In this document: positions 26,873-40,943 of the stretch, piece after piece
How the letters are laid out: every line of letters begins with the position of its first letter
Numbering within the stretch: the first letter of the stretch is position 1
Assembly (NCBI RefSeq): GCF_009914755.1
Contig: NC_060936.1
Reading direction: 5' to 3' (one strand)
DNA from: the human T2T-CHM13v2.0 reference genome, Homo sapiens
Length of the DNA: 64,000 nucleotides
Program-made: the position numbers and the translations under genes
The notes under the pieces: model-generated
Database searches by the model: none
What the model was told of the DNA's origin: nothing
The model's input: only the letters and a program-made list of their open reading frames with translations

Positions 26873-28879
26873 AAAGACTTGAAGACTCATGAGCCAGGGA
26901 CTTGACTACTTTATTATGTCTACTCTTCTGTGTCAACTCTTTCTTGGGCAGAGGTGCCTTGCTAGTCAATTACTGTTTCAACGAAGAGAAAGATGAGCTA
27001 TAAGCAAATGCTGTGGGTAAAACAACTTCAGTTAATATTCCAGAACACTATGCTACTTCACAAAGCTTTATCCTAATTTGTGAAGCCCTTTTTAAAAATT
27101 ATTATTATAAACTCTTTGATTATTTAGTCTCCAAGTGCTCTCCTTACTTCTGTTCGCATGTCCTCATTATACAGATACCCCATTGTGATTTCTGTAATTT
27201 GGGGTGACTTTCTCTTCCCTTCTTACAGCAGCCTCTTTGCCTATTCCTCCTCACTGGATCTTTATGATAGAGGTGGGGGTAGACACAAATCCACATGGCC
27301 ATGAATTCTTCTTAAAATTCAGATCGAAAAGTTGCTGTGTGTAAAAGAGACCACTTGCTTTGGGGGAAAGAAGGTGGCAGAGCACGGTGATCAAGATTGT
27401 GTGTTCCTGTCTCTGCTACTTTTTAGCTGTGTGATAACTCAGCCAAGTTTCCTGAGTCTTGGTTTCTTCACCTGGAAAATTGGAGTAATACTATCATCTA
27501 CCACAGAGGGGCGCTATGAGGACTTAAATGAGCGAAAGTATGGACTGCTTTAAACAGAAAAAGTGTGCAGCTGTTACAAGTAACCATAAAGGTGTTTAAA
27601 ATTGGGGTCTCAGCCTAGGGTTTATCCTGGTTGTTTTCAAAGTACCATTTCATTTGGTTCCCACCACTGTTCCATTTGGGTATCCTTCATTCCCATGTGG
27701 CTGCAAATAGGGGAAGGACAGATGGAGTGGGTTTGAGAAACAGTGGGAATTGGAAAGTAGTCGTGGGTGGGAGGCCAGTGAGAGTGAAGGTTCTTAGCTA
27801 TCCTAGAGAATGTCCACTTTCCATTAGACCAGAAATAACTTTTGGGATCCCGTTGGCTCTGATCTGGCTTTGTTGGAAATGACACTTGCAAAGAGCAATG
27901 CATAGGTGGATGGTGAAGGCTTAGGTAATTTCTAATTTTACATTTTAGAGAAATTCCAGCTTGGGGTTGGGAGAAGAGGGAAGGGGAGTACAGAAACCAA
28001 CTTTATGGTGGGTACAATTTATCAAGGACTACTATGTGCTAAGTTTTCTTCTAAGAACTTTACACATGCTATCTCATTTCATCCCTGCAACAGCAACCCT
28101 TTAGACTAGGTATCATCTTGACCACCATCTTAGAGATGAGGAAACGGCTTCAGATGGCAACCCACTCACATAAGTTCTATCTCTATTTAGCAACACAGCC
28201 AGGATTTGAACCAGTTCTGGATCCAGATCCCACATGCTCTTCACTGCTTTATGTGATGCCTTTCATCAAAAGGGAACCCCTGTTCTCTCTTCAGTCCTTT
28301 AAAGCAGTGGTCTTAATTTTTCTGAGGATCTGATGAAAGTCATGGATCCTGTCCTCTGAAAGCACATAAAATGCCCTGAACCACTGACGCTGTGCCTGTT
28401 AGGAATGCCCAACTTAATGCCAACTTTTTGCAGCTCAGATGTCTCTCTTGGGGTGTTACCCTCACCTTATAACCCCGGGGGGGTTTGGGGCAGGGAATCA
28501 GCAATGAACTAAATATGTGGGGAAAGATAACAACAGAATCATTCATCTGTTCATTGGGGTTACATTGTTATGACCTTGTCCCTGTCATTTTACCCTGCTA
28601 AGCCTCAAATTCCTCATCTGTAAAATAAGATGGTAACAGTATCTATGTCTTGGGTTTTGTGAAGATTTAATAAGATATAGTACATAAAGCTTTTAGAATG
28701 CAGTACATATCTCATAAGCTTTTAGAATGCAGCCTGGCACATCATGAGTTTTTATTAAGTTTTAATATTTGCTATGATATTAATATTATTAGTCCATAAA
28801 TAATAGCCCTTACTGCCTTCTCTCTTCTGTTATTCATCACATTTTTCTTGAGTATGTATGTTGCCTCTTCAACAAGGCA

Positions 28880-29100
28880 GTGAGTTCTTGAGTGCAGCTA
28901 GGCTGCTTGGGATTGGATCCCAAAGTTATCCTTCTCAAACGTGTGGTCTTGGGAAAGTCTCTTCACTTTTCTAAGCCTCAGTTTCCTCTCCTGTAAAATG
29001 GGAATAATAATAATAACATCTATCCTAACAACATGCTACAGCAGTGCCTGAAACATAGCAAGGGCTAACTGCTTGTTAGCTATTATTATTGTTGTTGTAG
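28880..29100 (+). mobile_element. MIR SINE
   Basis: AAGCCTCAGTTTCCTCTCCTGTAAAATGGGAATAATAATA. Confidence 0.85.
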
Positions 29101-29834
29101 CTACTGGCATTATTATCAGTAATACTATCCCACTAAGAGCTGAGCATGCAGATGGAGCTCAATAAATGCTGGTTGGTTGACAAATGATCCCTTTCAGGTC
29201 AGATAATTAGTTACACTCCAATCAGTAGATTTCCTCTTACCGGGAAGGAGCATGGGGCCTGCTGTAATACATAAAGCAGCTGATCCAATATCCACCCTAG
29301 CCCATCCAAGAACAAGAATCTGGGGTGGAAACACACACTGAAATATGATGCTCCCGACCCAATAAAAGTGTCAGATGGGCTGCTCTGAGCAAGTGCCTGA
29401 TGAAGCGAATCTAACTGCAGCTGCAGGTTACTCCTCAGCACCATCGACAAGCTGGGAATCGATCAACTCAGCTAGAAGCAGAGGTGGTGTGGGGAGGTGA
29501 GGGTGTCCAGGCAGGCCTCCACTAGCAGAAACAAATTAATTATGTCTCCAGGGCTGCCTGGCAGGAGGGCCATAAATCACGGCGATAATCAATGTTTTTT
29601 GGGGGTGGACAACCCTGAGATGGACATGGGGGCTCCCGAAGAGGTGAAATGACCTGGATCCCAGCAGGGACATATTGCAAAAAGTCACACAGCCCCAAAC
29701 CCAGCTCTGCTCTTTCTAGCTGTGTGACCTTGGGAGAATCACTTAACCTCGCAGGCGTCATTTCCTCATCTACAAAATGGAGCTCTTGATACCTCGTGGG
29801 GCTACTGGGAACACTAAGTGAGAATCCGATCATC

Positions 29835-30670
29835 TGCTACTGTCCTGTTCACAATGGCAGCCTCCTGTGTCTATCGTGCAGTTTAAGTGCAGCAGGTCCA
29901 AATTAAGATGTGCTGTAAGTGTGAAAGTCCACATCCAATTCCAGCGACTTAGCATGAATAAAAGGAATGTGAAAGAACTCATCAATGCTTTTTCACATTA
30001 ATTGCATGTTGAAATTATACTTGGGACATATTGGGTTAAGTAAAACGTATGAACAGAATTAATTTTACCTGTTTAGTTTCATCTTTTGAAATGTGGCTAC
30101 TATAAAAAAGAACAAGATTGTGTCCTTGCAGAGACATGGATGGAGCTGGAGGCCATTATCTTTACCAAACTAACACAGGAACAGAAAACCAAATACTGCG
30201 TGTTTCATGTATAAGTGGGAGCTAAATGATGAGAACACAGGGACACAAAGAGAGGAACAACACACACTGGGGCCTATCAGAGGGTGGAGAACAGGACAAG
30301 GGAGAGGATCAGGGAAAATGACTAAAGGGTACTAGGCTTAATACCTGGGAGATGAAATAATCTGTACAACACACCCCCATGACACAAGTTTACCTATGTA
30401 ACAAAGCCGCACATAAAATTAAAAGTTTAGAAAATGTCTTGAAAAGATGGGGAAAAAGTGTGGCTACTAGGAAAAAATGAATGCAAACTACTGAAATTTA
30501 AATTTTCATAGTGATCATATGCTGAAATGATACTATCTGGGATATATCAGGTTAAATAAAATATGTTATTAAATTAATTTCACCTATTCTTTTTTTAAAA
30601 AAAAATGTGGCTACGAGGAAATCTAAAATCACTCGTGACTCTAATTATATTTCAATTGAGTGATGCTGGT
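29835..30670 (-). mobile_element. MER33 DNA transposon, interrupted by L1PA and with a second partial MER33 segment at ~30500-30670
   Basis: GTCCAAATTAAGATGTGCTGTAAGTGT...ATTAATTTTACCTGTTT...AATGTGGCTACTA. Confidence 0.8.
30103..30455 (+). mobile_element. 5'-truncated L1PA (PA13-16-like) 3' end
   Basis: GGATGGAGCTGGAGGCCATTATC...CCCCCATGACACAAGTTTACCTATGTAACAAA; TSD AA(A/G)TGTGGCTACTA at 30089-30102 and 30456-30469. Confidence 0.9.
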
Positions 30671-31669
30671 CTAGTCTTTTTCTTTCTATATGCTTTTTCT
30701 TTGTGAATTTTGATGAATCGCTGTGCTGTCCTAGACAAACTAACGTTTTCTTCCCTGAATCTCAGTTTCCTCACCTGTCAGGAAGACAGAATAATCATAG
30801 TTTACATTTATTGAGCCTTTATTAAATGCCAGGTACTGTTCTGAGCATGTTACATGCATTAGCTGATTTATTCCTCAGAACATCACTAAAAGTAGACATT
30901 AACCCATTTCACAGATGAGAAAACTGAGGTCTGAATGGCTAAGCCCTTACCAAAGCTGTGTAACTAGGAAAAAGCAAACCAGCCCAGATCTGAACCTAGC
31001 GCTACCTCACCCCAAGCCTATATTCATCACCACTACTCCATACTTGTTCTTTTTCATTGGCTTAATTTTAGGGTCTCGAGCATGTCAGGACACTTCGGCA
31101 GGTAGGGTATTTGCAAGCTCGGGTAAAATTCTTCCTTCAGCCAGTGAGATTTAAGTACCACGTGATAGTGTCTTCCAAGGGCCAAAGTCCCACTGGGTGA
31201 CATCACTTCCTCTCTGATGTAGCCACTGTGACAGCCAAACACCAAGGAGCATGTGGCCTGAGTAACCACCACCCTGGGGCTATTTTGCCCAGGGTTAGAG
31301 TGGAGTGCCTATTTTAATCTGAAAGCCAGCCCCCAACTCTTCCTACTCACCCTCTTTGTGACATTTTCATAGGTCTCTGAAATTGTTACCCTTATTCCTA
31401 AAAGGCATATTTTCAGATAAATAGACTGCTTCATTTGCCCTTTTCTCACTGAGGAAGCATGCATGTGTTTGTGGTTGTATGCAAGATAATTGCATTGTGA
31501 TGTCAGTTTGTATGTACGAGAACGGTGGGTGTGGGCAGTAAAGGGGTGGGATGAAATGAGCATCTGTGTGTGTGTTTGCGCATGTGCATCATGTGTACAC
31601 ACATATGCACACACATGCCTAGTATCTGCTCTCTCCTTATTCTAGGTTACCCCTACCCCCTTTTATTAA

Positions 31670-32335
<666 letters not shown>

Positions 32336-34660
32336 ACTTTCCCTCCACCTCTTTATGTCATGCCAGACACACATCCCTAGCTCTCTTCTGACTGCTGGTG
32401 TAACCATGTAACCCAAGCTAGGTCCTCAGTCTCTTCCTTGAAAATTTGAATCTTGGGTAGATACAAGAATAGTTGATTTATTTGTCCTTCGGACTGCCCG
32501 CCATCCTGCTGCTGAAGTCCTGGCACTGCTTGGTCACTAGCCTTCCTGAGTCCTGTTGCTTAGCTCATGTTTCAATTCTGGGAGCTTCCCAGTAACTTTC
32601 CAGTTTACTTTTTCCTTGCTTTTTTCAGTTAGATTTGATCTGTGCATTTTTGTTTTTAATAGAAAGAATCCAAAATGATGCAGAGCTGGCCACTAACCAA
32701 GAGGAAGGACCCCAAGTCTCTGGAATGTCTGCTTTAAAAAAGGATTTTGGTGGGGGGCAATGGGAAGAAGTCTTCACATAATGATAGCTCGGCAGTGACC
32801 TGAGCATTTCAGAGCCCTCTTCCAGATTTCTGTCAATTCTCAGAAGAAGCCATGTTTCTGTGGTTCTTGCTTCCCCACTTTGTAGCTCCACATCAGTCCA
32901 GACATGAAACCCAGCTTCTTGCTTGAATCTCATTGTTTTAAAAAATAGAAAGACATCCAATTACATGACTCATTTTTGAGGTTAGGAGAATTTTCTGCAG
33001 ATTTCAGGGGTGGTGGTGGAAGACAGAGGAGGGGTTAACATTGCTTTAATGCAGACAATTTCCAAATGGAATGTTAGGTATCATGGCTTTTCAAATGTCC
33101 CCTGACCAACACTCTTTGGGGTGGGTGGTGGTCAAGGGGTGACTCAAACTCCCTTTCCCTCACCAGCTCCAGCTCTTGCCATCTTGCTAGATTTTCTCTT
33201 CCTTTCCTCTCTCTTTTCTTTCTAATCTCCCTTCCCGACTCCACACCCTGGAAGAAAGCATAAATTATTCTTTTTGTCGAATACAGAACCAATTCTGACA
33301 TTTCTCTAAAACCTTTGGAGATTTGGCATCCAGGTCTTTGTAACTTCCCTTCTATTCAGTAGCCAGCTGTTGGCATAATAATACTTTATCTACCTCGTTG
33401 CAATGATTATTTTTAGATGTGATCACAGGTAAGTACAGTAACTGTTGTCATAGCCTGTCCCTATCACCTTCCACATAGCTTTCCAAGGATGTCATCCCAG
33501 GAACCAGGGATCTGTCTGCAATTCCAGGCATCTGCTGAGAACATACGAATTGGTGAGGTTCAATGTCAACATGTGGGCTGTGGGAGGAATAAACATAAAG
33601 AAGAATGGCTTCCATTTAATCGAGCCGCCATCCAAGCACTTTGCCTGTATTACCTTATTCAGTCGCCATGAGGCCCCAAGAGGTGGAGTACCAAAATGAC
33701 CCCCCACCCCAGATACAGAAATTGCAGTTTGGTGGAGCCAGGTATATCTGGGCCCCCAAGTCCCATGACCTCATCTGTTCTCTGCTGCCTCTGGCTTCAG
33801 ATGGAATAGGACTCTTTCTGTCCCGCAGTTCAGATCCCCACCTCTACCCTCCTATGAGCTGGATTGCATTTTTAAAATCCAGTTTTGGATCATTTTTGCC
33901 CTCCAAATTGCTTGGTAACAGCAAGAGCCTAGAGTCCTGCTCTTCATGCTCCAAATTGAATCACATCCATCAGCCCCAGTGCCAGCACTATTGTTCCCAG
34001 GGCTTACCCAGGTTTAATTAGAATATTTTTATTTTCCCTAGGAGAGAGAGGACAGCTGATCTCAGCTTAAATAACCTTGCCGTGGGCTACAGCCTGGAAC
34101 TGTAGGGCTCATGGGCTATGAGATGGAGCGGCCAGCAGGGGAGGGCATGGGAGGCTGTGATGCTGTGTTTGCGTGGGGGACCCTCTGCCTTTTCCCACCG
34201 TCTGTGCATCGTGATGTTAAAAATGGTGAAGAGGAAGCCTGGCAGGAAATGTCTTTGAAGGGGACACAGGAGCAAGCACCCCCCGCCCCCCAACACACAC
34301 ACAAACACACTAAGGTGTGAGGGACAAAGCAGTTAACTCATCAACACATAAACTGAAGTTCAAATGCAGCAACTTTGAAAGGCCCCATGTGGACAGGCTG
34401 GGAGGCCAATGTATGGTTCACCCCACGGAAGGAGAAAAGCAGCAGTGTAGGGTGGCACTGCCCAGCAGAAATAGAATGCCCGCCTCACATGCAACTTACA
34501 ATTTTCTAGCAGCCACATTTTTTGAAAGTTTAAAATTTATTTCAAATTTATTTACATGGAACTTATCAAGTAAGTCTTTTGTGATTCTTTTATTTCCTCA
34601 GTTTCTGTAATTATTTACCACATACCAATTTTGTATTATGTTTTTATGAGCTTTGCAATT

Positions 34661-35488
<828 letters not shown>

Positions 35489-36984
35489 CCCAGCCACATT
35501 TTTATAAAAGTAAAAAGAAACCAGTGAAATTAATTTTAATAACATCTTGCCTTTGACCCAGTGCATCCAAATATTATCATATTCACATGTAGTCAAAAAG
35601 GTAATGTTCAATATGTAATAAAAATATGAATGAGATCTCTCAAACAAAGTCTTCAAAATCCGATGTGTATTTCATACTCACAACACATCTCAATTTGGAC
35701 TCGGTTGTTTCAGCGCTCAATAGCCACGTGTAGTGAAGGGCCGCCATATGGAAGAGGGTCGGGTTGGGGCATGCACTCCAGATCCTGATTTTCTGGGCTG
35801 CAACATTTCACTGGTGTTGGTTAACAGCATTATCTTAGACATTTGTCTTCTCTCACTTCCTTTGTGGGATATGCAATAATAATGTCCCCTAACACTCAGG
35901 CTGTGAGGATCAAAGAGGTAATTCATGCAAACTCTTTAGCAGAGTGCCTATGCCCAGTAGGTCTTCACATGTTAGCAGTTAGATGATCAGCTAGAATTAG
36001 AATAATGACAGCTAGTATATATGATGGCATTATACTAGCCATGCCTTTTGCTGGTTGCTTGATGCTTCTCATCCACTTTAAGCCCCATTAACACTCCCCT
36101 GAGATACAAAATATTGTCTATATTTACAGATGAGGAAACTGAAGCTCACAGAAGAGCTAACTCCTTTTGTCCACAGGATGAAACTGTAGAAAGGCTGATT
36201 AGGGCTTTCACAACCTGGCCCCCTCCACCTCATTAGCTGAGCAGAATGACTGCAAGAGCGGATTCTAGACCCAGCTGACCAGGGTTAAAATCTTGTCTCT
36301 GCCACTCACCGGCTATGTGACCTGGCAGCTATGTGACTTCTCCTCTCTGAACCTCAATTTCATCATCTGTTAAATGGGGACATTCTAGTGCAAAGGGACC
36401 TTGTGAAGATTTAATGAGTTAATATATGAACGGTAGGCACAGAGTAAGTTGTGCATAAGTGAAAGTCACTTTTATTAATGGTCACTTCCTATCTCCACTC
36501 TAAGCTCCAGGAGGACTGCATTACTGACAGTCCCCTTCCCATATAGACTACATTTTCTCTTTCCATAATATGGGTCTCTGCCCAACCTGATGCAACCTAA
36601 TCCCTACATCATGTTTCTTCCTCCCCTATTTCTTTGCAACTTGCTGCCCCTTCCTCCAGGAGATCTGGACTCAGTCCCCTCCAAGGAGCATCAACTGTCC
36701 CTGCTCCTCCCTCCCCATGGGGCCCTGGGATGAATGCTTGTCCCTGTCCCATGACAAATGCTTCATCAGGACAGGACTGTGTCCATCTTTACCCCAACCC
36801 TAAGCACAGGACCTGGCCCAGGGAGAACACTCAAAAACACCTTTGACCCTGACAGAGTCTTCCCAATCCTTTAAAAAGAGGCAGTGACCATACTTTTACT
36901 GCCTTGATTCATACTGGCTGTTGGACAATGGCATAGCTCATTTTCCACTTGTAACAGGGTGAGTCTCTTTCCTCCAATACTCAA

Positions 36985-37530
36985 GGCACAATTTTCACAC
37001 AGCAAAATGTGCCAATCTTAAGTCTACAGCTCAATTAATTTTGCCAAATAAACACCCCTGGAAGTATCACCAGATCAACTTACATAAACCAACTCCAGAA
37101 GCTTCCTTTGTACCCTTCTCATTCAGTAACATTTCCCCTGCAGGGCAGCTGTTCTGATTTCTATCACCTTCTAGTCACTTTGCCTGTTCTTGAACTTTAG
37201 ATGGATGGAATCCTACAATATGTATTCTTCTGTGTCTAGCTTCTTCCACGGAGCATAATTTCCCTGAGATTCTGCCATGCTCTTCCAAGATCAGTGTTCA
37301 TTCCTTTTTACTGATGAGTAGTATTTCATTGTGTGGAGGTATATTTTTTATCCATTCTCTTGTTTATGGACATTGGTGTTGTTGGCTGTACAAATCTTTT
37401 TTACACATGTATGTTTCTGTTTCTTTTACATAAATACCTCAGAGTAGAATGGTGAGGTTGTATGGTAAGAGTATGTATTACTTTATTATAAACCAGCAAA
37501 CAGAGTTCCAAACTGGTTGCACTATTTCAC
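36985..37530 (-). mobile_element. L1MB/ME 3' remnant
   Basis: AATCTTAAGTCTACAGCTCAA...TTGCCTGTTCTTGAACTT...GTTCCAAACTGGTTGCACTATTT. Confidence 0.8.
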
Positions 37531-38299
37531 TTTTGGCTTTAAGCCTTTGTTTTCTCTGCTGTAAAATGGGGATGATGCATGACACTCTGTGATGCAGGCA
37601 TGTAAGGAAATACTAGTGTTGTCAGATTGCATGTGAACTGGCTTAGCTATGATAGCTGTCATTTGCATTTCCTCTCCTAGGGGGGTAATTCCCACCAGTG
37701 GTTAGGGGGCAAAGAAAGGGAAAGGTCCTAGTCCCATGGGCACCTGCAGGACGCTCTCAGGGCATCATGGGACCCTCTTGTCAACATTGAACAGGGGGAG
37801 TTTCACCTTAGAGGTGACCTTCCTCTCCCACTCCTTGGTAGGATTTTATTTTCTCCTTGCTCTGTAAGGCAATTCAAATAATGGTGATTATTTGCACATC
37901 CTCAGATGAGAGAGAGCAGAGGACAAATGACCCGCATAGCACACCCCTGCCACCTTGGAGAGGGACGTTCAGGTGTCCTTCCGGAGCTGGTGTAAACCTC
38001 CTCCCTGCCTGGTTTACCTTGGGGAGGAAGGGACTTTCTAAAAGGAATTCATAGCCTGCTCCCCATGTCCTTTAAGTGCAGCATAGTATTTAGGCTGTTG
38101 TAATTAAGGCTCTGTCACAGCTTCGACAGAAACAAGTGTTTCCTGGGGATCTGGATTCAGTTGTCAAAATGACCTTGCTGTGAAACCCTGCATATGATTT
38201 TCAAGCCCTGAAGCCTGTGAGTTTGAAGGTGTGTCTCCGTGTGTTTGTGGAATTTCTCCTCTATATCTTTTTATATGGGTTTCACTTTTTTTCCATTAA

Positions 38300-38530
38300 A
38301 AAAATTATTGTGGTAAGAACACTCCACATGAGTTGAGTGTACAATTTGAAGTGTACAATACATTATTGTTGAGTATAGGTATAATGTCGTGCAGTAGATC
38401 TTTAGTGCTTGTTCATTTTACGTAACTGATATTTCGTGCCTGTTTATCAATAACTTCCTATTTTCCCCAGCCCTCAGCCTCTGGTAGCCACCATTCTAGT
38501 CTTTGATTTCATGAATTTGACTATTTTATG
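38300..38530 (-). mobile_element. L1MA/MB 3' remnant
   Basis: GTGGTAAGAACACT...AAGTGTACAATACATTATTGTT...GCCTCTGGTAGCCACCATTCTA. Confidence 0.8.
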
Positions 38531-38559
38531 TATTTATTATTTTTAACTGTCACTATGTC

Positions 38560-38903
38560 CTTTTTATTTTTATTTTAAATTTTTTATTTCCATAGGTTTT
38601 TGAGAAACAGGTGGACACTGCTGGTCGGAATATAAACTAGTACAACCACTATGGAAAACAGTGTGGAGATTCACAATTTGTAATTGCAAAAATGTGGAAC
38701 CAGCCCAAATCCCCATCAATCAACGAGTGGATAAATAAACTGTGATATATATATATATATATATGTGTGTATATATATATATGTGTGTATATATATATGT
38801 GTGTCTATATATATATGTGTGTGTATATATATATATGTGTGTATATATATATGTGTGTGTATATATATATGTAAGTTTCTTGTGTGTACATATACATATA
38901 TGT

Positions 38904-38941
<38 letters not shown>

Positions 38942-39160
38942 TTCTCAATTACAGGTACCTCAGGAATGGAAAACCAAACATTGTATGCTCTCATTCATAA
39001 GTGGGAGCTAAGCTATGAGGATGCAAAGGCATAAGAATTGCACAATGGACTTTGGGGACTCGGGGAAAGGGTGGGAAGTGGGTGAGGGATAAATGACTAC
39101 AAATTGGGTTCAGTGTATACTGCTCAGGTGATGGGTGCACCAAAATCTCACAAATCAACA
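38560..39160 (-). mobile_element. L1PB1-like insertion with 5' inversion (3' tip on minus strand 38560-38613; inverted block on plus strand 38614-39160)
   Basis: TTTTTTATTTCCATAGGTTTTTGAGAAACAGGTGG joined to plus-strand L1PB sequence ending CACCAAAATCTCACAAATCA. Confidence 0.8.
38745..38940. repeat. Compound (TA)n/(TG)n/(CA)n microsatellite inside the L1PB
   Basis: Direct reading. Confidence 0.97.
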
Positions 39161-39379
39161 CAAAAGTTTGTATATAGATTTCAAAAGACCCAGTGGCTCA
39201 GGGCCAAAGAAACATTGGTTCAACTGCTGGCTCTGCCATGTACCATCATACCATCATCATATGGTACCATGTACCATCATGATCACCTGTGACAAGTCAC
39301 TTCCCCCTCTTGGAGCCTCAGTTTCCTCATCTGAAAAGCAGGATTGTTGTTAATAGTAGTGGCACTGTGGCCAAGACCA

Positions 39380-39922
39380 CAGTTATCCTCCTAGCATCCA
39401 ATAGCCATTCTTCCCATTTCTTTCCCTTACTTTTAACTTTTTAATTTCCATGTTCACCTGGAGTAAAAACTTCATATCCTAACATTCCCTGCTATTAGAG
39501 GTAGGCATTGTGACTACATTCTGGTGGAGAGATATAAGCAAACGCGTCATATGCAGATGCCTAGAAGGATCCTAAAAGAGAAGAGGGAGCCTTTTTTTTT
39601 TTTTTGAGATGGAGTCTCGCTCTGTTGCCCAGGCTGGAGTGCAGTGGCGAGAGGGAGCCTTTCTTTGTCCCTTCCTCCTTCCTGCTGGCTGGAATGTGGT
39701 TGTGATGCAGGAGCACAAACAGCTCTGTTGGGCCACGAGGAGAAAGCTGCATGCTGAGGATGGCAGAACCTCAAGAAAGAAGGAGTTGCAGTCATTGACA
39801 TATGTCCTGGACCAACTATACTAAGCTTGTTTAACATTGTAGAGAGATAAACTCCTTTCTTCCTTAAGCCACTGTTATTTTGTTTCCTGTCCTTGCAACC
39901 CATCCCAATCCTAATTAAGACC
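39380..39922 (+). mobile_element. MLT1J-like MaLR LTR
   Basis: TGTGACTACATTCTGG...GCTGAGGATGGCAGA...TTAAGCCACTGTTATTTTG. Confidence 0.7.
39595..39649 (-). mobile_element. Severely 5'-truncated Alu (~44 bp plus tail)
   Basis: T-tail + GAGATGGAGTCTCGCTCTGTTGCCCAGGCTGGAGTGCAGTGGCG; TSD AGAGGGAGCCTTT at 39582-39594 and 39650-39662. Confidence 0.92.
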
Positions 39923-40129
39923 TGCTGTTGGGAAAGAGGACAGGCCAAATTCCCGTAAAGGCTTTAGCACAGTGTCCGGTACCTAGTAATCACTCTGTAT
40001 ATTATGGATATTTGTGTTATCTTAAAGGCAAGAGTAAAAGAAATGGTGAATTGTGGATGGGCAATCTGGTGTCTTATTTCAGGTTTGATTTGGGTGAGGG
40101 AAATTAATTCCAAATGGAGCTCATTAAGT

Positions 40130-40130
<1 letters not shown>

Positions 40131-40174
<44 letters not shown>
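40131..40174 (+). repeat. (GT)22 microsatellite
   Basis: Perfect run. Confidence 0.97.
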
Positions 40175-40177
<3 letters not shown>

Positions 40178-40764
40178 TAACACCCAGGGCCTGTACTTCC
40201 ACCAGAAGCTCATAGATGCATGTGTGGGGTCTCTGTATTCTCAGGACTTTTGTCTCCATAGAGCTGGCCCCCTCTCCTCAGGCAGCTCCTTATTTTTCTG
40301 AGTCTGGAATCCCATTTCTGCATCTTTAATCACCTGGTTTGGGGCCACGGTCTGGAAGCCCTGGGCTGTGTTGTTATTCCTCATCTTTTCACCAGCACAC
40401 AGAACACTGCACTGATGAAATTGGCCCTAATGATTCTTTACTGCCTTTTGAAACTAGCAATTAGGTTCCTCTAGTACAGTTCCAGAGGAGGCTGGGGAAG
40501 AACAAGGAACCTGTTGCCCCAGCTCTGATTTCCTAAAAGAAGAAACCTGAAAATAAAGGCCCTGCAGTACCCAGTGCAGTCCTCCCTCCATACCTTTGCC
40601 CTTGCTGTTCCCACCAGCTACGGTGCTCCCCTCACCATCATCCATGATAGCAATATTATTACATATGAACCCCTGCTCTGTGCTAGGCATGGGCTAACCT
40701 TCATGGCTAGCATTGTGCCCATCTTGCAGTGTGGAAGCAGAGGCTCAGCGAGGCCAAAGAACTT

Positions 40765-40943
40765 GCCCAAGATCACACGCCAGCCTAGAGTCAGGCTCCG
40801 TGGGCTCTGCTGGTAACCATTCCTTCCCCAAATTGCCTTTTCCCTCTGAGCCCTCTGCCACGAACCATGCATAGAGTAGGCACTCAAGACTTACTCATGG
40901 GCTCTCTGAGAATACACATGCTGTTGTTGCCATGGGAGACGGG
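40765..40943 (+). repeat. Source copy of a 179-bp local duplication
   Basis: 175/179 identical to 44566-44744; left end continuous with a minus-strand MIR. Confidence 0.95.

Noticed and set aside
29435-29452. REST/RE1-like motif TCAGCACCATCGACAAGC
   Set aside because: Left half-site is perfect, but the right half deviates at key positions from GGACAG; too weak without ChIP data.
38716-39034. Overlapping ORFs rich in YI/CV/HT repeats
   Set aside because: Translations of the TA/TG/CA microsatellite.
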